Source of the DNA: Candidatus Omnitrophota bacterium
GTDB taxonomy: Bacteria; Omnitrophota; Gorgyraeia; Zapsychrales; Zapsychraceae
NCBI GenBank assembly: GCA_015233115.1
Contig: JADFYJ010000013.1
Coordinates: 9,670 to 73,669, forward strand
Length of the DNA: 64,000 nucleotides
Reading direction: 5' to 3'
The first letter of the stretch is position 1; every line of letters starts with the position of its first letter. Both the position numbers and the translations under genes were made by a program. The notes beneath the pieces were generated by a model. The model had not been told where the DNA came from. It ran no database searches and saw nothing but the letters and a program-made list of their open reading frames with translations. Positions 30,373-40,132 of the stretch are shown one piece after another.

Positions 30373-32124
30373 TTATCGACATAACGCTTTGACAGTATTT
30401 TTCCAATCTATGAGCCAGTCATTTTTTACTAAAGCAAAACGATCACAAAATTCTTTCCTGGCCATTTGCACTTTTTCTGTGAGCCACCATTGTTTAGGAT
30501 CATGAAAAACTTCCTGAATTTTAAGCGCTGCTGACAAGGGATCTTTGAACAATATACCGGCTGTTCTTAATTTTTCATAATAGGGTTCGGACTCGGGTCT
30601 CATGAGAAACACATTATGATCCCAAAACAAAATACACGGCACATTCATGACCAATGCTTCCAAATATGACGTCGACGGATGATCAATAAATACCATTTTG
30701 CATTTTGATAGTCTATCCGTCAATAAGCCCTCGCGAATAAATTTGATTGGCGGGCACATGTCTTTGATTTTTTCCTCTTCACCCCAGCCCCAGTCAACAC
30801 TGTAACATCTATAGGATAAATTATTTTTAATTTCATCAGGGAGATGGCTGATAAATTGTTGCTTATTGATAAAATATTCTGGCACATCATCCGCGGATAA
30901 CTCAGCATCAAAGCGAAGATAATAACGGGCAGCACCCGTTCCTACCATGATACATTCATCGGATTGCTGTTTATGGATGTCTTTCAGACGGCATAAATAA
31001 GGATTTGTTAAAGATTTAGTATTCGATTGTTTTTTATCCCATCCCCAAGTAAAAAAAATATCTTTTTGTAAAGCAAATTGTTCAAAAAAACAACTATGGG
31101 ACCCGCCAAATCCCCCCCCATGCTGGAATTCCATTAATTGAGCGCCGTTTCGCATTGCTTCAGCCGCAAAAAATTTAAACGGCTCATTATATCCCCACCC
31201 AAACGCTGAACCGACAGCTTTGATATGAGAACCGTTCCTATTTTTTAAAACACATTCCCTATTTGAGCTATAACCCTCTAAATAAACTTTAGGTAAGGCT
31301 TTAGGTATTAATCCAGTAAAATATTGTTCAAAACCACTTGGACGGACAAAATTGATCGAAAAATCTCTCAAGGCCTTATTATAAAGAGATGGGGAAAATG
31401 CTTTTGGGAATATGTTCCTAAAACTTAAAGCCGTTAAACCGGTTTGAATTTTTAACCTTAATTTATCTTTAAAACTCAAATGTTGGGTTTGATTCAACAC
31501 AATTTTTCCCGGAAAAACCTGATCAATACCTCTTAAAATAAAATTACTTAAGTTTAATTTCGAAGACTTTTGCTCTAAATTTTTTTTTGTATTCCATGGC
31601 ACGTCTAAAAGTTTTTTTAATTTATGGGGGAAAAAATGCTGACAAATATCAGTATACAAATTCGCGTTGAAACAATCATCATTATTTAAAAAATAAACAA
31701 AATGAATCGTATCATTTATTTGTAAAAAATCATCTGAAACAGCAACCCCATTAATGAAACCGTCCGGATATTGCGCAAAAGCATTATCCAGTCTTTTATA
31801 TCGATCATAAACAACATGAATAAAAGATAATAACCATGGCCCCAATAAAATCTGCCAATAACGATCAGAAAAATTTACCTGATGAATCTGGTTGAGTTCT
31901 CCCGCTAAAAGCGGCAGAATTTGTTGATAGACCTCATAACAATAATCGGCCGCCTCTTTGATTCTGGTTGTGGGCCTCCAGGGTGTGGGAATAATTTGAC
32001 CATGATGTTCTTCATAATATTTTTTACACGCCGGATCCGTTAAACACCACAAACCTAAAACCAATAGTTTTTGTTGTTTTTCCCACGTAGACAAATGCGG
32101 CGTTATGGCTATAAACGATGACAT
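30373..32124 (-). CDS. LIC12162-family putative transferase
   Basis: LN.IH....S.RYW..LLGPWL, QHGG, FFTWGW and STSYLEAL..NVP motifs, C-terminal WW....Q.AR. Confidence 0.75.
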   Translation of the reverse strand: MSSFIAITPHLSTWEKQQKLLVLGLWCLTDPACKKYYEEHHGQIIPTPWRPTTRIKEAADYCYEVYQQILPLLAGELNQIHQVNFSDRYWQILLGPWLLSFIHVVYDRYKRLDNAFAQYPDGFINGVAVSDDFLQINDTIHFVYFLNNDDCFNANLYTDICQHFFPHKLKKLLDVPWNTKKNLEQKSSKLNLSNFILRGIDQVFPGKIVLNQTQHLSFKDKLRLKIQTGLTALSFRNIFPKAFSPSLYNKALRDFSINFVRPSGFEQYFTGLIPKALPKVYLEGYSSNRECVLKNRNGSHIKAVGSAFGWGYNEPFKFFAAEAMRNGAQLMEFQHGGGFGGSHSCFFEQFALQKDIFFTWGWDKKQSNTKSLTNPYLCRLKDIHKQQSDECIMVGTGAARYYLRFDAELSADDVPEYFINKQQFISHLPDEIKNNLSYRCYSVDWGWGEEEKIKDMCPPIKFIREGLLTDRLSKCKMVFIDHPSTSYLEALVMNVPCILFWDHNVFLMRPESEPYYEKLRTAGILFKDPLSAALKIQEVFHDPKQWWLTEKVQMARKEFCDRFALVKNDWLIDWKNTVKALCR

Positions 32125-32136
32125 AATAATCCTTAT

Positions 32137-33075
32137 CTATTTCTGGCTTTTGGCCTGAAAATATATTTCGTTCTGAATATAATAAACCACTTGCTCAACC
32201 TCCGCGGGTGACATTCTGTTCATGCCACGAAAAATCTCCAGGTACTGTTGAAGCTGTTCAATTCGGGAAGCCGCTGGAATCACACTATTAATGGCCGGAT
32301 TCGATAATATGAAATTTAAAGAGAACGGCAATACCTCTTGGGCGGTTAAACCAAAATGCGTCTTAATTTTCTCTAAGTTCTCCAATCGTTCGCGAAATAG
32401 CTCACCTTTAAAAAATTGACTCCGCGCATCCATGGGTTGAAATTTTGTTTCTAAAGTATACCGGCCGGATAATATACCGCTGTTAAGCGGAGACCGGATA
32501 ATGACCATTTTTCCCTGTTCCCGGCTTTTTTTCAAAAATTCATGACACCCCACAAAAAGTAAATTATAAAAAATTTGTAGCGACGTGATGTGTTGATCTT
32601 CCAGGTAATAGCTGTCTTCATCAATAATAGAAATACCAAAATGACGAATTTTCCCTTCCTTCTTCATTTGTTCAGCAAAACTCAAAATTGAGTCATTCAC
32701 GTCTTCCACTTGAGGCTTGGCCAATTGAAAAATATCAATATAATCTGTTCTCATGCGTTTAAGTGATTTTTCCAAACAACCTCGCACATAAGAAATAGAA
32801 AAATCCCGTTTCCCCAAATCAGTGATACCGCATTTAGTGGCCAGGCATATTTTATGCCTGTCCGTCGCAAACGCCACGCCGATAAAATCTTCCGCTAACC
32901 CATATTTATCCGATGTATCAAAAAAGTTAACCCCCTGATCAAACGCGTAACGCAATATACGCACCGCGTCATCTTGCGCCACAGGTTTAGCGCCAGTCCA
33001 TTGCCCATCAATTAAAGTAGGGCCTCCGATCTGTGACGTACCAAAACCTAATTTGTTTATCTGGGCGATTTCCAT
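32137..33075 (-). CDS. Aldo/keto reductase
   Basis: LGFGT, FDTSDKYG, ATK and SLKRMRTDYID motifs. Confidence 0.9.
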   Translation of the reverse strand: MEIAQINKLGFGTSQIGGPTLIDGQWTGAKPVAQDDAVRILRYAFDQGVNFFDTSDKYGLAEDFIGVAFATDRHKICLATKCGITDLGKRDFSISYVRGCLEKSLKRMRTDYIDIFQLAKPQVEDVNDSILSFAEQMKKEGKIRHFGISIIDEDSYYLEDQHITSLQIFYNLLFVGCHEFLKKSREQGKMVIIRSPLNSGILSGRYTLETKFQPMDARSQFFKGELFRERLENLEKIKTHFGLTAQEVLPFSLNFILSNPAINSVIPAASRIEQLQQYLEIFRGMNRMSPAEVEQVVYYIQNEIYFQAKSQK

Positions 33076-33077
33076 GA

Positions 33078-34094
33078 TTACTTAGCGCTATTTTTGTACC
33101 CTAAATTGCAATCCCGGCAAAAAGGGATTTTGTCATGCTGCTTTTGCAGATGGCATTCACGGATATGTTTTGATATTTTTGAATTCCAGCACTCCTCAAT
33201 CGTCGTGTTTTTTAAATTCCCCAAATCGTATTCCTCTTTTTTGTAATGGCGAAAAGTCATACCGCAAGGTATCACATCCCCGTTATAGCGGACGATTAAT
33301 AATTGGAATGCTCTAAAGCAAATAAATTTTTTTAAATCATCTGCGCTTAATTCTTCCTGACTGTTGACGAAATGTTTAAAATCAACCATAGACTGGATAG
33401 AAATCAAATTCACCTTATCCTTCCATAAATTAATAAACGCCTCCCGTTCATGTCCATTGTCCTTTTGAAGAACAAAGCTCACCCGGGTACGAATATAATC
33501 TTTTTTCATTTTCTTTTTTAACTCTAAAAATTTCATCACATTTTTCACCACGAGAGGATAATTGCCCCCTATGCGAATTTTGTCATAAGTTTGTTCGGTG
33601 GCCGCGTCAATAGAAAAATTCATCTTGGTAATGCCATTTTTAATAAGAGCCTCAGAAAGCTCTTCGGTGAGTAAATTGGCATTCGTATGCAGCCAAATAT
33701 CAAACAATCCAGCATCCTGCGCTTCCTTCACCATGTCCGCAATGCGCGGATTGGTCAAAGGTTCACCTTCATGATCCATCATAATGGCCGACATTTGGTG
33801 TTGGCTGGCCTCTTTTAGCAATTTTGTATATATTTCTGGCTCTAAAAAACCTTTTTCATCAAACGTGCCAATCACTTCGCGGGCACACATAGGACATCGT
33901 AAGTTGCAATAATATGAGGATTCCACTTCCACGCAAAGGGGAAAAGGAAAAATATGTCCTTCAGAGGCCATTTTCCAATTTCTCCGGTATTCTTCGTATC
34001 GGGGAAACTGTCGATTCATGATTTTTTCCCAAGAAGGATCAACCGGATATTCACATATTTTATATGATTCATCAAATTGACTGTCTATGCCCAA
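33078..34094 (-). CDS. Radical SAM protein with SPASM/twitch domain
   Basis: CNLRCPMC, GEP, and C-terminal C..G.V.PC..C..C. Confidence 0.9.
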   Translation of the reverse strand: MGIDSQFDESYKICEYPVDPSWEKIMNRQFPRYEEYRRNWKMASEGHIFPFPLCVEVESSYYCNLRCPMCAREVIGTFDEKGFLEPEIYTKLLKEASQHQMSAIMMDHEGEPLTNPRIADMVKEAQDAGLFDIWLHTNANLLTEELSEALIKNGITKMNFSIDAATEQTYDKIRIGGNYPLVVKNVMKFLELKKKMKKDYIRTRVSFVLQKDNGHEREAFINLWKDKVNLISIQSMVDFKHFVNSQEELSADDLKKFICFRAFQLLIVRYNGDVIPCGMTFRHYKKEEYDLGNLKNTTIEECWNSKISKHIRECHLQKQHDKIPFCRDCNLGYKNSAK

Positions 34095-34135
34095 GGTGAC
34101 CCCTTTCTGTATATCGTTCCCATTAAATACCCTAA

Positions 34136-35083
34136 TTATAATTTCACGATTTCAAAAGCACTATAACAGGATTTACGTTCCAAACCGATGATGCGATTAG
34201 AAAATAATATATAAAAAATAAATATGACCGGATACCAACACACCATCCAAAAAAACTTCAAAATAGTTCTAACCCCCCTGGGCCATAAATTAAAAAACCG
34301 GATGAGACCCTTTAATAAAGGACGGGTTTGTATATCGTAAATGTTCCACGCTAAAGGGCTTAATCCCCGCTCTTCGCGCAATATCCGCAGTCCCATCCCG
34401 GCAAATAATGCTATCCATTCTTTTTCAGAACGCGCCATTGAACTAATCTCATCATGGCGTCCATTATCCAATTTTTTAAAATATTCAGCCCAAAATCTTG
34501 ATTTCATTTTCCGGCTTAAAACATAACACACAAAAGCCGTTTTCACATACTCACTATAACGGAGTATGAGCATCCGCCCTCCGGGCTTAAGAATCCGGCT
34601 AGCCTCTCTTAACGCGGCATCATGATCTTGCAGCCCATGCGGAGTGTAATAAAAAATTTTTTCCACAGAATGATCGGCTATGGGCAATTGCTCATAAGCT
34701 GCAACCTGCGCCTCTTCCGCAAAACCGATTTCTTTGATCTTCTGAACATGGGACTCTTTGGCATCCACCGCAAGACGGATACGAGGATAATTTAATTTCC
34801 GCTCCGGCCGCACCACATCCGCTTTATGCGTATCAAAAATATCTTTATTTCCCATATCAACCATTAAATACCGGTCAAACCATAAAGGAAAACTTCCCCC
34901 ATGCATAATGTATGTAAACTCGCCATCTCCTGAGCCTAACTCAACAACATCGCCATCCCAATTAAAACTCGTCAACAGACTCGCCGTGAGCGTATCATTG
35001 ACCGCATCAAAAGGTTTTAGATAATAAAGATTCAAATACTGCCACAATCTTTTCATCACAAAAGAATAATTCACTGCACCCAT
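34136..35083 (-). CDS. Class I SAM-dependent methyltransferase
   Basis: VELGSGDG and RILKPGG motifs. Confidence 0.8.
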   Translation of the reverse strand: MGAVNYSFVMKRLWQYLNLYYLKPFDAVNDTLTASLLTSFNWDGDVVELGSGDGEFTYIMHGGSFPLWFDRYLMVDMGNKDIFDTHKADVVRPERKLNYPRIRLAVDAKESHVQKIKEIGFAEEAQVAAYEQLPIADHSVEKIFYYTPHGLQDHDAALREASRILKPGGRMLILRYSEYVKTAFVCYVLSRKMKSRFWAEYFKKLDNGRHDEISSMARSEKEWIALFAGMGLRILREERGLSPLAWNIYDIQTRPLLKGLIRFFNLWPRGVRTILKFFWMVCWYPVIFIFYILFSNRIIGLERKSCYSAFEIVKL

Positions 35084-35126
35084 ACAAAAATCCTATCGAT
35101 TTCTTATGAAACAAAAATTTAACCAC

Positions 35127-36926
35127 CTATACCTTTTTTAAAATCAAAAAATGATTAAGCCATAACCCTTCCAATCCGCTATTTTCCAAAACATAAATAG
35201 CGTCTTCAGGTGTATTCACGATAGGAAACCCGTGTAAATTAAAACTCGTATTCAATAACGCTCCCCGGCCCGTAATCTTTTCAAACGCTTCCAAAAGAGC
35301 ATACACATCAGGGTTGACTTCCCGGTTTAATATTTGCGGGCGGGCAGACCTATCTGCCGGATGACAAGCAGCCGGCATAGCCGCATGCCCCTCATCAGTC
35401 GTCGCAAAACCAATGGTCATATGCGGACATTTCAATTTTTTGGGATTGAGCAAATAACGATCCGCGCATTTGTCCATAACCACGGGGGCGAAAGGCATCC
35501 AAAAATCACGGCTTTTGATCGCGGCATTTATTTTTTCTTTAGCCTCTAAACGGCTAGGATCAGCAAAAATGGAGCGATTGCCTAACGCCCTCTGCCCAAA
35601 CTCCATACGTCCGGCAGAACGCGCAATAATTTTTCCATCCGCCAATAACTGGGCGATACTTTCCACATCAACACCTTTGCGAACTTCAAAATGGCGTTGA
35701 TCTAGTTTTTTAACGGCCTGCTCTTCGCTTGCAAAATCCGCGTCCGGCCCCAAATAAAGATGCGGCAAATCAGCAACTTGTTTCGCGTCCCATTTTTGGC
35801 CTTTTTCTTGGGCTAGGTCTTCCGCTAAACAAATACCGCTGCTAATGGCCATGGATTCATCGCTTCCTGAGCCGCCAATAAACATTTTTTTGACTTCAGG
35901 TAATTCGGCAATTTTTCCCATTGCTTTAATATTCATCGCGACACCACCAGAGAGCACCACGGTCGAAATACCAAAATCTTTTACCGCATTTTGCACCCAA
36001 GCGGTCAGAAGTTCTTCGACCCAAATTTGCAAGGCCCACGCGATATTGTCAAACCGGACTCCTTCTAATCTGTCTCTAAACCAAAAATAACTATCTGTTG
36101 GTTTGATCTTCCATTTAAATTCATGGCCTTCGACATAAAGCGTTTCACGAAAACAATCTAAAGCCCTTTTAGCATATTTTTCTTTTCCATAAGGCGCCAA
36201 GCCCATTACTTTAAATTCATGCTCATTGGGTTTCATACCTAGTACGAGGGTAATATACCGATAAATGCGTCCTATATTACATTCCGCCGTTTCATAAACC
36301 CGCCGATAGGTTGCTTTATTATCAAAAATTCCAATCGTCGCGTTTAATCCATCACCCATTCCATCAATCGTGAATGCCAAAACCTCCTTATCGCGAAACG
36401 GTGACGAATAATAAGCATAAGCCGCATGGCACCGGTGATGTTCAATTAAATGTACTTTTTCCTCGGGAATAGCCAAATAATCCGCCACAAGTTTAGTGCG
36501 ATCACGGTAAAATTGTTCCATCCGATCTGGTTTTTCAAAATTGGCTTTAAAATATTCACTCGGAAACTGGTCAAAATCGATTTTTTCCGGAAACGTTTCT
36601 ATCAAAGACTTTAATTTTTTTTCTCCCTGGATCAAATAAGGTTTCCATCGGAAACGTTGTTCGTGTAAATAATCTTCGGTAGACCAGGTACTGCGCTTGA
36701 CCAGAATATCATCCAGAGGACTTACATAACTGGCCAGGGCAACACCATCCAAATCCTGGGCGCCGTTTTTCAAATCTTTCAGACAATACTGAATAGCCTT
36801 CTCCGGAAAAGCATCTTCATTTTTCTTACGGGTAAAACGCTCTTCATGAACGGCCTTAGCGACCACCCCGTCAACGAGCAAAGACGCGCTGGAACACAAC
36901 CCCCAATACAAAGACAATATTTTCAT
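35127..36926 (-). CDS. Carbamoyltransferase (NodU/CmcH family)
   Basis: EERFTRKK, HHRCHA, KVMGLAPYG, EFGQRALGNRS and LNTSFN motifs. Confidence 0.93.
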   Translation of the reverse strand: MKILSLYWGLCSSASLLVDGVVAKAVHEERFTRKKNEDAFPEKAIQYCLKDLKNGAQDLDGVALASYVSPLDDILVKRSTWSTEDYLHEQRFRWKPYLIQGEKKLKSLIETFPEKIDFDQFPSEYFKANFEKPDRMEQFYRDRTKLVADYLAIPEEKVHLIEHHRCHAAYAYYSSPFRDKEVLAFTIDGMGDGLNATIGIFDNKATYRRVYETAECNIGRIYRYITLVLGMKPNEHEFKVMGLAPYGKEKYAKRALDCFRETLYVEGHEFKWKIKPTDSYFWFRDRLEGVRFDNIAWALQIWVEELLTAWVQNAVKDFGISTVVLSGGVAMNIKAMGKIAELPEVKKMFIGGSGSDESMAISSGICLAEDLAQEKGQKWDAKQVADLPHLYLGPDADFASEEQAVKKLDQRHFEVRKGVDVESIAQLLADGKIIARSAGRMEFGQRALGNRSIFADPSRLEAKEKINAAIKSRDFWMPFAPVVMDKCADRYLLNPKKLKCPHMTIGFATTDEGHAAMPAACHPADRSARPQILNREVNPDVYALLEAFEKITGRGALLNTSFNLHGFPIVNTPEDAIYVLENSGLEGLWLNHFLILKKV

Positions 36927-36928
36927 AT

Positions 36929-38008
36929 TTACTCGCCTATTTTCTGTTTCCGATTAATATAATTTTGAATCTGAACCGTGCGGCCATTAACCTCCGCGGT
37001 TTCGTTAATTTCCATTTTTCGCGGATAAAAACATTTTCGGCACGGATCGACGCGCATGAAACCATCTTTTTGAAAATGCATCTGCCTGGTTTCATTGAGT
37101 TTTTCGCCATGCCATATGTCATATATCGATTGAATTTTGGCATCCCCAACAGGCCATTCCACAAAATCATCACTACTACACATACTGGCCCGCCCATCCG
37201 ACGCGACCACGACACGTTGATATAATTGTGGACAATAAAAATTTTCTTCATAAACCACGTCATGATCCTTATGCAAATAATCAATCAAAGGATTAAACGC
37301 TATAAAATCAACATAAGGCGCCAAAGTATTATAAAATTCCGACGGATTAGGCCGGATGGCAGGCCAAACCCCCTGAATTTTTATAACTGGCTTCGTCAAA
37401 CCATTTTCATCCTTATATTGTTTTATTTGTTTCAAGTGCTCCAAGGTGTCAGCAAATTTTAAAGGCTTTCTCACGGCCTCATATTCTGCTCCTACACCAT
37501 CAACCGAAAGCGTCATCCAGTCTAATCCCGCTTCTGTTAACTTTTTAAAATATGCCAGATCAAGGCGAGAACCATTGGTTAAAAAACAAACCTCTTGAAT
37601 ACCTTTAGATTTAGCATAGCGAATAATATCTAACAAATCCGGGTGCAAGGTTGATTCCCCTATCCAGCTGAGCCGCAGTGAAAAAATATGACCTGAAACC
37701 TCGTCGATAATCTTTTTAGCCAAGGAAGTTTCCATAAACTTTTTATTACGTTTCTTCTGAAAATCTTCCGTGCGGGTCGGACACATGGGACACAACAAAT
37801 TACATATGCTGGATAATTCCAAATCCACCAAAAGCGGCCAGTCCCTTACCTCTCCCTTTTGCGGTAACTCATCCCATAAACGCCGATATTCGTGATAATC
37901 AACTTCCCAACCCTTGGACATTTTCACGCGAAACGATTCAATCCTTTCCGTCGTCTCCAGCTCAAAATGTCCTTTGTTTACCGGAACATTTTTTTCTTTC
38001 GTACTCAT
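36929..38008 (-). CDS. Radical SAM protein with SPASM/twitch domain
   Basis: CNLLCPMC, and C-terminal CPQ..C..CRKC. Confidence 0.9.
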   Translation of the reverse strand: MSTKEKNVPVNKGHFELETTERIESFRVKMSKGWEVDYHEYRRLWDELPQKGEVRDWPLLVDLELSSICNLLCPMCPTRTEDFQKKRNKKFMETSLAKKIIDEVSGHIFSLRLSWIGESTLHPDLLDIIRYAKSKGIQEVCFLTNGSRLDLAYFKKLTEAGLDWMTLSVDGVGAEYEAVRKPLKFADTLEHLKQIKQYKDENGLTKPVIKIQGVWPAIRPNPSEFYNTLAPYVDFIAFNPLIDYLHKDHDVVYEENFYCPQLYQRVVVASDGRASMCSSDDFVEWPVGDAKIQSIYDIWHGEKLNETRQMHFQKDGFMRVDPCRKCFYPRKMEINETAEVNGRTVQIQNYINRKQKIGE

Positions 38009-38046
38009 TCTGCCTCCCCCAATATCTTAAAAAATTTCATGGTTGG

Positions 38047-39060
38047 TTAGCCTATTGATTGATTAAGCTGCATCTTTTTTACAATTTCAAAATAAGGACG
38101 AAGATCTCCGCCAAAGCTCAACTTAAACCACCCCCGCTGAGGACTATTCACGCCTTCTAAATCAACTTCATGGATCCCCTGTTGACTCATGACAGAAAAA
38201 GCATCCCAAAGAACGGCAGTCCCCGTATGCTCATCGCGTAAAGCCGGATCATTGGCACCAAAAATATAATACGCTCGTTTCGGGTCTATCCCGAAATACG
38301 CCATACTCCCTGGTTCGCCATCTTGTGTATAAGAAATAAACATTTTTCCTAAATCTGCGGCATAGGTGTTTACTAACAAATCCTTCATCTCAGTTAAAAC
38401 ATCATCAGCAACTTTAATATCCTGACGATTCATGGTGCGGGCGTAGAAATCCACAAACCGAGCGGCATCGAATTCTTCGACGGTTTTTACTTTCTTTTGA
38501 ATGGCGTAGCGTATTTCTTGACGTCTGGACTTTGAGGCTTTTAAATAAATGCTGATATCTTCCAATTTTTGAGCTTGCGCAAAATCATGGATATCCACAT
38601 AACTGGTATACCGGACATTTACAGAAAATTTAGGTAATTCTGTACCAAAGTTCACCCATAAAAAAGGACGCACATCAATGATAGTGGGATGTAAAGACAA
38701 CTCAATTTTGTTATAGCGCTTCATGAGTTCATCCGCGGCATAAGTGGCGATCAAAAAACGTTCCGATAATATCTGATCGTGATTCTGCCGATGCATAGGA
38801 GCGCCAAATAAAATTCCGGTATAGATCACATAATCATGCGAACAAAACTCCTGGCCATCCGGTGTCGTCACACACAAAAGCGCGGCCCTAAGTTCGGCCC
38901 GATGATAAATATAATAAGGCTTAAAATTCCCACGCAAAGAACGCAAAAAATCAGAGTATAAAAACATTGTCCCGTTTTCTGAAGCAGCGACAAATATATC
39001 CCACTCTCGATCTAATTGAGTTTCAACCAAACGATATTCGTTAACTTGTTCTCTTTGCAT
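38047..39060 (-). CDS. GNAT/FemAB-like acyltransferase
   Basis: WD.FV..S..GT.F N-terminus and DLEGVNSP.RG.FKLSFGG C-terminus. Confidence 0.75.
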   Translation of the reverse strand: MQREQVNEYRLVETQLDREWDIFVAASENGTMFLYSDFLRSLRGNFKPYYIYHRAELRAALLCVTTPDGQEFCSHDYVIYTGILFGAPMHRQNHDQILSERFLIATYAADELMKRYNKIELSLHPTIIDVRPFLWVNFGTELPKFSVNVRYTSYVDIHDFAQAQKLEDISIYLKASKSRRQEIRYAIQKKVKTVEEFDAARFVDFYARTMNRQDIKVADDVLTEMKDLLVNTYAADLGKMFISYTQDGEPGSMAYFGIDPKRAYYIFGANDPALRDEHTGTAVLWDAFSVMSQQGIHEVDLEGVNSPQRGWFKLSFGGDLRPYFEIVKKMQLNQSIG

Positions 39061-40132
39061 TTAACATCCCGATAATTTCTCCGGAAATGCGATGAATATA
39101 AGCATCATCAATCTCCTGGTTAACCCATAAATTTAAAATATTAGCGCCGATCCACTCACTCACTATCTGCGGCCCGGAAATTTTTCCGCTCATAAAAAAA
39201 CTAGCTGATGGCTGCCAACTGCTAATTTTAAAATTTTGTTTAAGCAAATGGCGGAATACCCGATTACGCTCATCTGAAATAAAAAAGTTAAACCGCCAGT
39301 CTACAGATCCCTCCGGAGGATTAAAAAACTCAACGCCCGACAGCTGGGCTCGATCAAAAATCTGCGTAAATTTCTCCCTATTGGAACGGCGGGCAGCAAT
39401 ATTCGCCTCAATGTTTTCCAATTCTGCGGTTAATTTATCCGCATAATCCAATGAAAATTTGTGCATAAAATTATTTTTAACTAAATGCATTTCATCCTCA
39501 AAACAGAGACATTCGTCCACTCGCCCTTCCAAAAAATATTGATTATAGATCTGCGTATGCCGACGGCTTAATTGATTAATTTTATCTTCAGCCTCTGAGG
39601 AAAATTTCCTAAATCCATTTTGAATAAAAACCATTTCCTCATAAAGTTTCTTATCATTAGTCAAGACCGCACCGCCATGTCCGATATCAATAATTTTTCC
39701 AGCGCCAAAACTCACGACCGAAATATCCCCAAAACTTCCCGCGGGCCGGTGATGAATAGTAGCCCCTTCTGCAAGAGCAAAATCTTCAATCAACGGGATA
39801 TTATTTTCTAAACAAACCTTGGAAATCTCTTCAATATCACAAACCGCTCCATACGCATGAACAGCTATCACCGCGTCAATGTCCCTCACGTTTCTCTTAA
39901 TCTCATCCAGCGAAATTCCCAAATTTCTTTTCGTGACATCCAAATACACCGGCAAATTATTAGAAAGCCTCACCCCAATCGGAACGTTCACACACACATT
40001 ATTCGGGATGGCAATCCGCTTACTCTTTAACCCCAATGCCGTTAAAGCTAGCATAATTCCAGCCGTAGCATTCCCGGTCAAAAGCACATATTCCCGTTGA
40101 TGTAATTTTGACAAAAGCTGTTCAGACTTCAT
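39041..40132 (-). CDS. DegT/DnrJ/EryC1/StrS aminotransferase (divergent)
   Basis: VHAYG, IEDFA and SFGAGK (PLP lysine) motifs. Confidence 0.8.
   Translation of the reverse strand: MKSEQLLSKLHQREYVLLTGNATAGIMLALTALGLKSKRIAIPNNVCVNVPIGVRLSNNLPVYLDVTKRNLGISLDEIKRNVRDIDAVIAVHAYGAVCDIEEISKVCLENNIPLIEDFALAEGATIHHRPAGSFGDISVVSFGAGKIIDIGHGGAVLTNDKKLYEEMVFIQNGFRKFSSEAEDKINQLSRRHTQIYNQYFLEGRVDECLCFEDEMHLVKNNFMHKFSLDYADKLTAELENIEANIAARRSNREKFTQIFDRAQLSGVEFFNPPEGSVDWRFNFFISDERNRVFRHLLKQNFKISSWQPSASFFMSGKISGPQIVSEWIGANILNLWVNQEIDDAYIHRISGEIIGMLNAKRTS

Noticed and set aside
33078-38008. RiPP cluster based on the SPASM radical SAM enzymes
   Set aside because: No precursor peptide, RRE/PqqD, dedicated peptidase or exporter is evident, and the context is glycan biosynthesis.
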